Shown: piece after piece, positions 19,001 through 20,409 of the stretch
How the letters are laid out: every line of letters starts with the position of its first letter
How positions within the stretch are numbered: position 1 is the first letter of the stretch
Assembly (NCBI GenBank): GCA_031409335.1
Contig: JANNWY010000048.1
Coordinates: 1-20,409, forward strand
From: Chthoniobacteraceae bacterium
Lineage (GTDB): Bacteria > Verrucomicrobiota > Verrucomicrobiia > Chthoniobacterales > Chthoniobacteraceae
Length of the DNA stretch: 20,409 nt
Direction: 5' to 3'
Notes under the pieces: model-generated
Seen by the model: the letters and a program-made list of their open reading frames with translations, nothing else
The model's database searches: none
What the model was told of the DNA's origin: nothing
Position numbers and translations under genes: made by a program

Positions 19001-20409
19001 GCACAAAGGAACCGTGCGGAAGATTGACTACAGCGCCCCGCGGAAAGTCACCGACACGCCCGCGAACGACCTGCCCGCCGAGTTCCGCGACGAAGTGAAG
19101 CGGCAACTCGACATCGCCGGAGTCCCCGACGCGCAGCAGGCGGAGATTTTTGAAAAGCCCGCGCCACCGGCGAAAACACCCGAGCCGAAGACCGGTGCCG
19201 TCTCGCCCGAGCCGAAAAACGAATACGCGCTCGCTCATTTCCGGCACTTGCAAAAATACGCTCGTGAGAATGGCGACATCCCCGGCGGGCTCATCGCGTT
19301 GCTCGATAGGTCGCTGGGCGTCGGTTTAGTCACGACGCTCGATGCGCTCGTAAAGCGGCTCGACGCCACACGCGACTGGACGGCGAAGGAGACAGCGGAG
19401 TTTCTAGATGCCGCCGCAGCGACGAAAGATTGGACCGGCGATGATGGACGGCTCTTGGCGCTGGAAAACTACGACATCGCACAGCACGGCAAGCCGCTCC
19501 CGCCGGAACTCGCCTCGCTGCCATGGGGCAAAGCGGATGATGGGCTTCACCCCGCACTCGAAGCAACCGGGCTGCGCGCGGCTTTCACGCTCGAACCCGC
19601 CGCCGCCAGCTACGCGCAGGGGTCGCAACTGCCCGTCACCGTTCACTACCACAACTCGGGCACTGCGCCGCTCGTGTTCCCCGTGGGTTTTCGCTCCATG
19701 GACCTTGCCGAAGCGCTCGACGGGCAGGGCCGGGATATCCTCACGGCATTGGCGTTTCCAAACGGTGACAACGGCCAGATGAAAGATGGCCCCTCCAAAC
19801 CAAAATACTCGGTGCGGCTGGAGCCGGGGCACTGGATTTCCGTCCAAGGCGCACGACTCACTATCGCAGCCGGACGCCACACCGATACGCCGGACTCGCA
19901 CGGCATCGTGATGATGGCACCCACGGATGCGACCGTGAAACTGAAGTGGAGCCCGATGACGGCGACTTCGAACGAAGGCCCCGGAAAAAAACCAACCGAG
20001 GGGAAAGTGCGCGTCGCCACGTGCATTGAGCGCGTCTCGCCGATGCCAAAATCCCGCGCCGACCGCGAGAGCCTCATCCGCCGCGTGACGCTCAATCTCA
20101 CGGGCGAAGAAGCCACCGCCGCCGAAGTCGCCGCATTCATCGCCGACGACGCGCCCGACGCACTCGCGAGGCTCACTGCCCGCTTCCAAGCGCTGCCGCC
20201 GCTCGCCCGCTACGCTGGCTGGCTGAGGACGGGCGAGCAGACATTCAAAGTCACGTCCGCCCCCGCAAACTATCGCGGCACCGTGATGACCGCGAACGGC
20301 TCGGGACTATACGAGGTGACGGACTCCGTTTTTCTCCAACACTACGGCAAGCACGCAAACCTCGTGTTCATGCCGCCCGCGCCTGTGCGGCATCCGCACA
20401 CCATCCATG
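16077..20409 (+). CDS. BlaR1-type M56 metallopeptidase with very large repeated C-terminal region (3' partial, >1444 aa)
   Basis: ATG one base after the blaI stop, RBS GGAGG. Manual translation gives ASAATRHLVW, PVVWG..RP, LLHELAHIKRRD, HWWNPLVW, ERERACDD, YAEHLL, LEGRL, then a TM. No in-frame stop found to the window end. Confidence 0.92.
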   Translation, partial: MNRTIFGLSAAVAALAPLVFDSALKGGVLLAVAALCALALWRASAATRHLVWLVAVVALLVLPVLSAALPQWRVLPDWRKTLRSADAAPVVRIGNASSATAAINELAATPRTDSPAPAAPAITLPLRAPAGAAVSPGAPDEHAPTFRDWLPLAWATGCALLVMRLIAAHLLLRRAARSCVGLDDARGAAITPAFAAARAQLGIRQRVTLLLDQRRTIPVVWGVFRPRLMLPIEARGWTDDQLRSVLLHELAHIKRRDTLVQWLTQIACALHWWNPLVWLAAWRLHAERERACDDLVLASGVRPSAYAEHLLHVATKLSPARWTAACGLAMARKSSLEGRLLAVLSEKLNRRSVTSALAAAALILGAVVAIPIAMLRAADDKWNPHQVAHIGTNDFSAYCVHDGKDAAFVIAYHGDFGSATEGSSNAKTRTWIDSGTLTAKKPSIALGFHRTQDAPGKLSITTAPAEAQDLSKPAPPPRDFGQKEYDLAKGRVFLLTDNGTVRQLDIATPVVSDHESAKKLAALIAAIPPQEREDILMKPKQKDARSLYEIWQRHARLSGDIPGALIGELAAAVKVFIGYNPTWETVPKLNEMLPRLDATHDWKAADAIALLDEVAAVKDSPLSMAMRRGTSHTIRNGEKLPEKFADAAWSGGKATGLRVAWVLEPGAVEHRIGAALKARLLVWNPGAVPVMLQVPTWYQGGVKATDAKGAEVEVSGISWTTVAQLVPCRLGPGEYIEIYTPGIGFGPRAGVGPWAGPRVGSNVLAKPGDDITLTHSPVPLDGSEVGMSEDDPHVIGPGWWQAHIKTRLARELPLPADAAERTRLLDRAVRELFSAAPTAEETAAFVADTTPDALDALIKRLAAREDVVSFSGKLPTAPAKFRVLAADPAADKTPRVVLGPGEYPLSGGTATSGAVTLKIVGRPVGDRRTNEAGLLFVDTEATGRVPLDPHRLNVPDGWGTWAIVCRPGEGFFYLLHKGTVRKIDYSAPRKVTDTPANDLPAEFRDEVKRQLDIAGVPDAQQAEIFEKPAPPAKTPEPKTGAVSPEPKNEYALAHFRHLQKYARENGDIPGGLIALLDRSLGVGLVTTLDALVKRLDATRDWTAKETAEFLDAAAATKDWTGDDGRLLALENYDIAQHGKPLPPELASLPWGKADDGLHPALEATGLRAAFTLEPAAASYAQGSQLPVTVHYHNSGTAPLVFPVGFRSMDLAEALDGQGRDILTALAFPNGDNGQMKDGPSKPKYSVRLEPGHWISVQGARLTIAAGRHTDTPDSHGIVMMAPTDATVKLKWSPMTATSNEGPGKKPTEGKVRVATCIERVSPMPKSRADRESLIRRVTLNLTGEEATAAEVAAFIADDAPDALARLTARFQALPPLARYAGWLRTGEQTFKVTSAPANYRGTVMTANGSGLYEVTDSVFLQHYGKHANLVFMPPAPVRHPHTIH

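Noticed and set aside
15650..20189. Long antisense and alternative-frame ORFs (e.g. 17745-19253, 15650-16684, 19404-20189)
   Set aside because: Shadows of the GC-rich blaI/blaR1 genes, with no recognisable motifs.
15692..20409. Beta-lactam resistance locus
   Set aside because: No beta-lactamase or PBP-type sensor seen; the nearby MBL protein is glyoxalase-II-like.

Overview
High-GC bacterial window; the gene content (DUF1080, HpnI/HpnK-like, HTH-MBL, DUF1549-like motifs, GTAG-type REPs) suggests Verrucomicrobiota or another PVC member, by inference. The left ~2.8 kb appears to be the right end of an integrative element. It holds the right terminus of a probable IS3-family IS that has interrupted a VirD4/TraD-like coupling-protein gene with a C-terminal PD-(D/E)XK-like domain, followed by a large serine recombinase. 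The recombinase ORF seems to run across its own attachment junction (~2831), which appears to lie in a REP-like palindrome, and on into a headless host gene. The middle is host backbone: a secreted BsuPI-like/repeat protein, an O-methyltransferase, an MnmC/MnmD-like methyltransferase, a Lon N-domain protein, an ABC exporter, DUF1080, HpnI-like and HpnK-like genes, a REPIN, an MFS transporter, an HTH-MBL hydrolase and cdsA. The right end has a BlaI repressor with two palindromic candidate operators and a >1444-aa BlaR1/M56 protein. That protein is missing from the ORF track and its sensor region is built from ~507-aa tandem repeats. All family calls are from motif recognition by eye; no searches were run.
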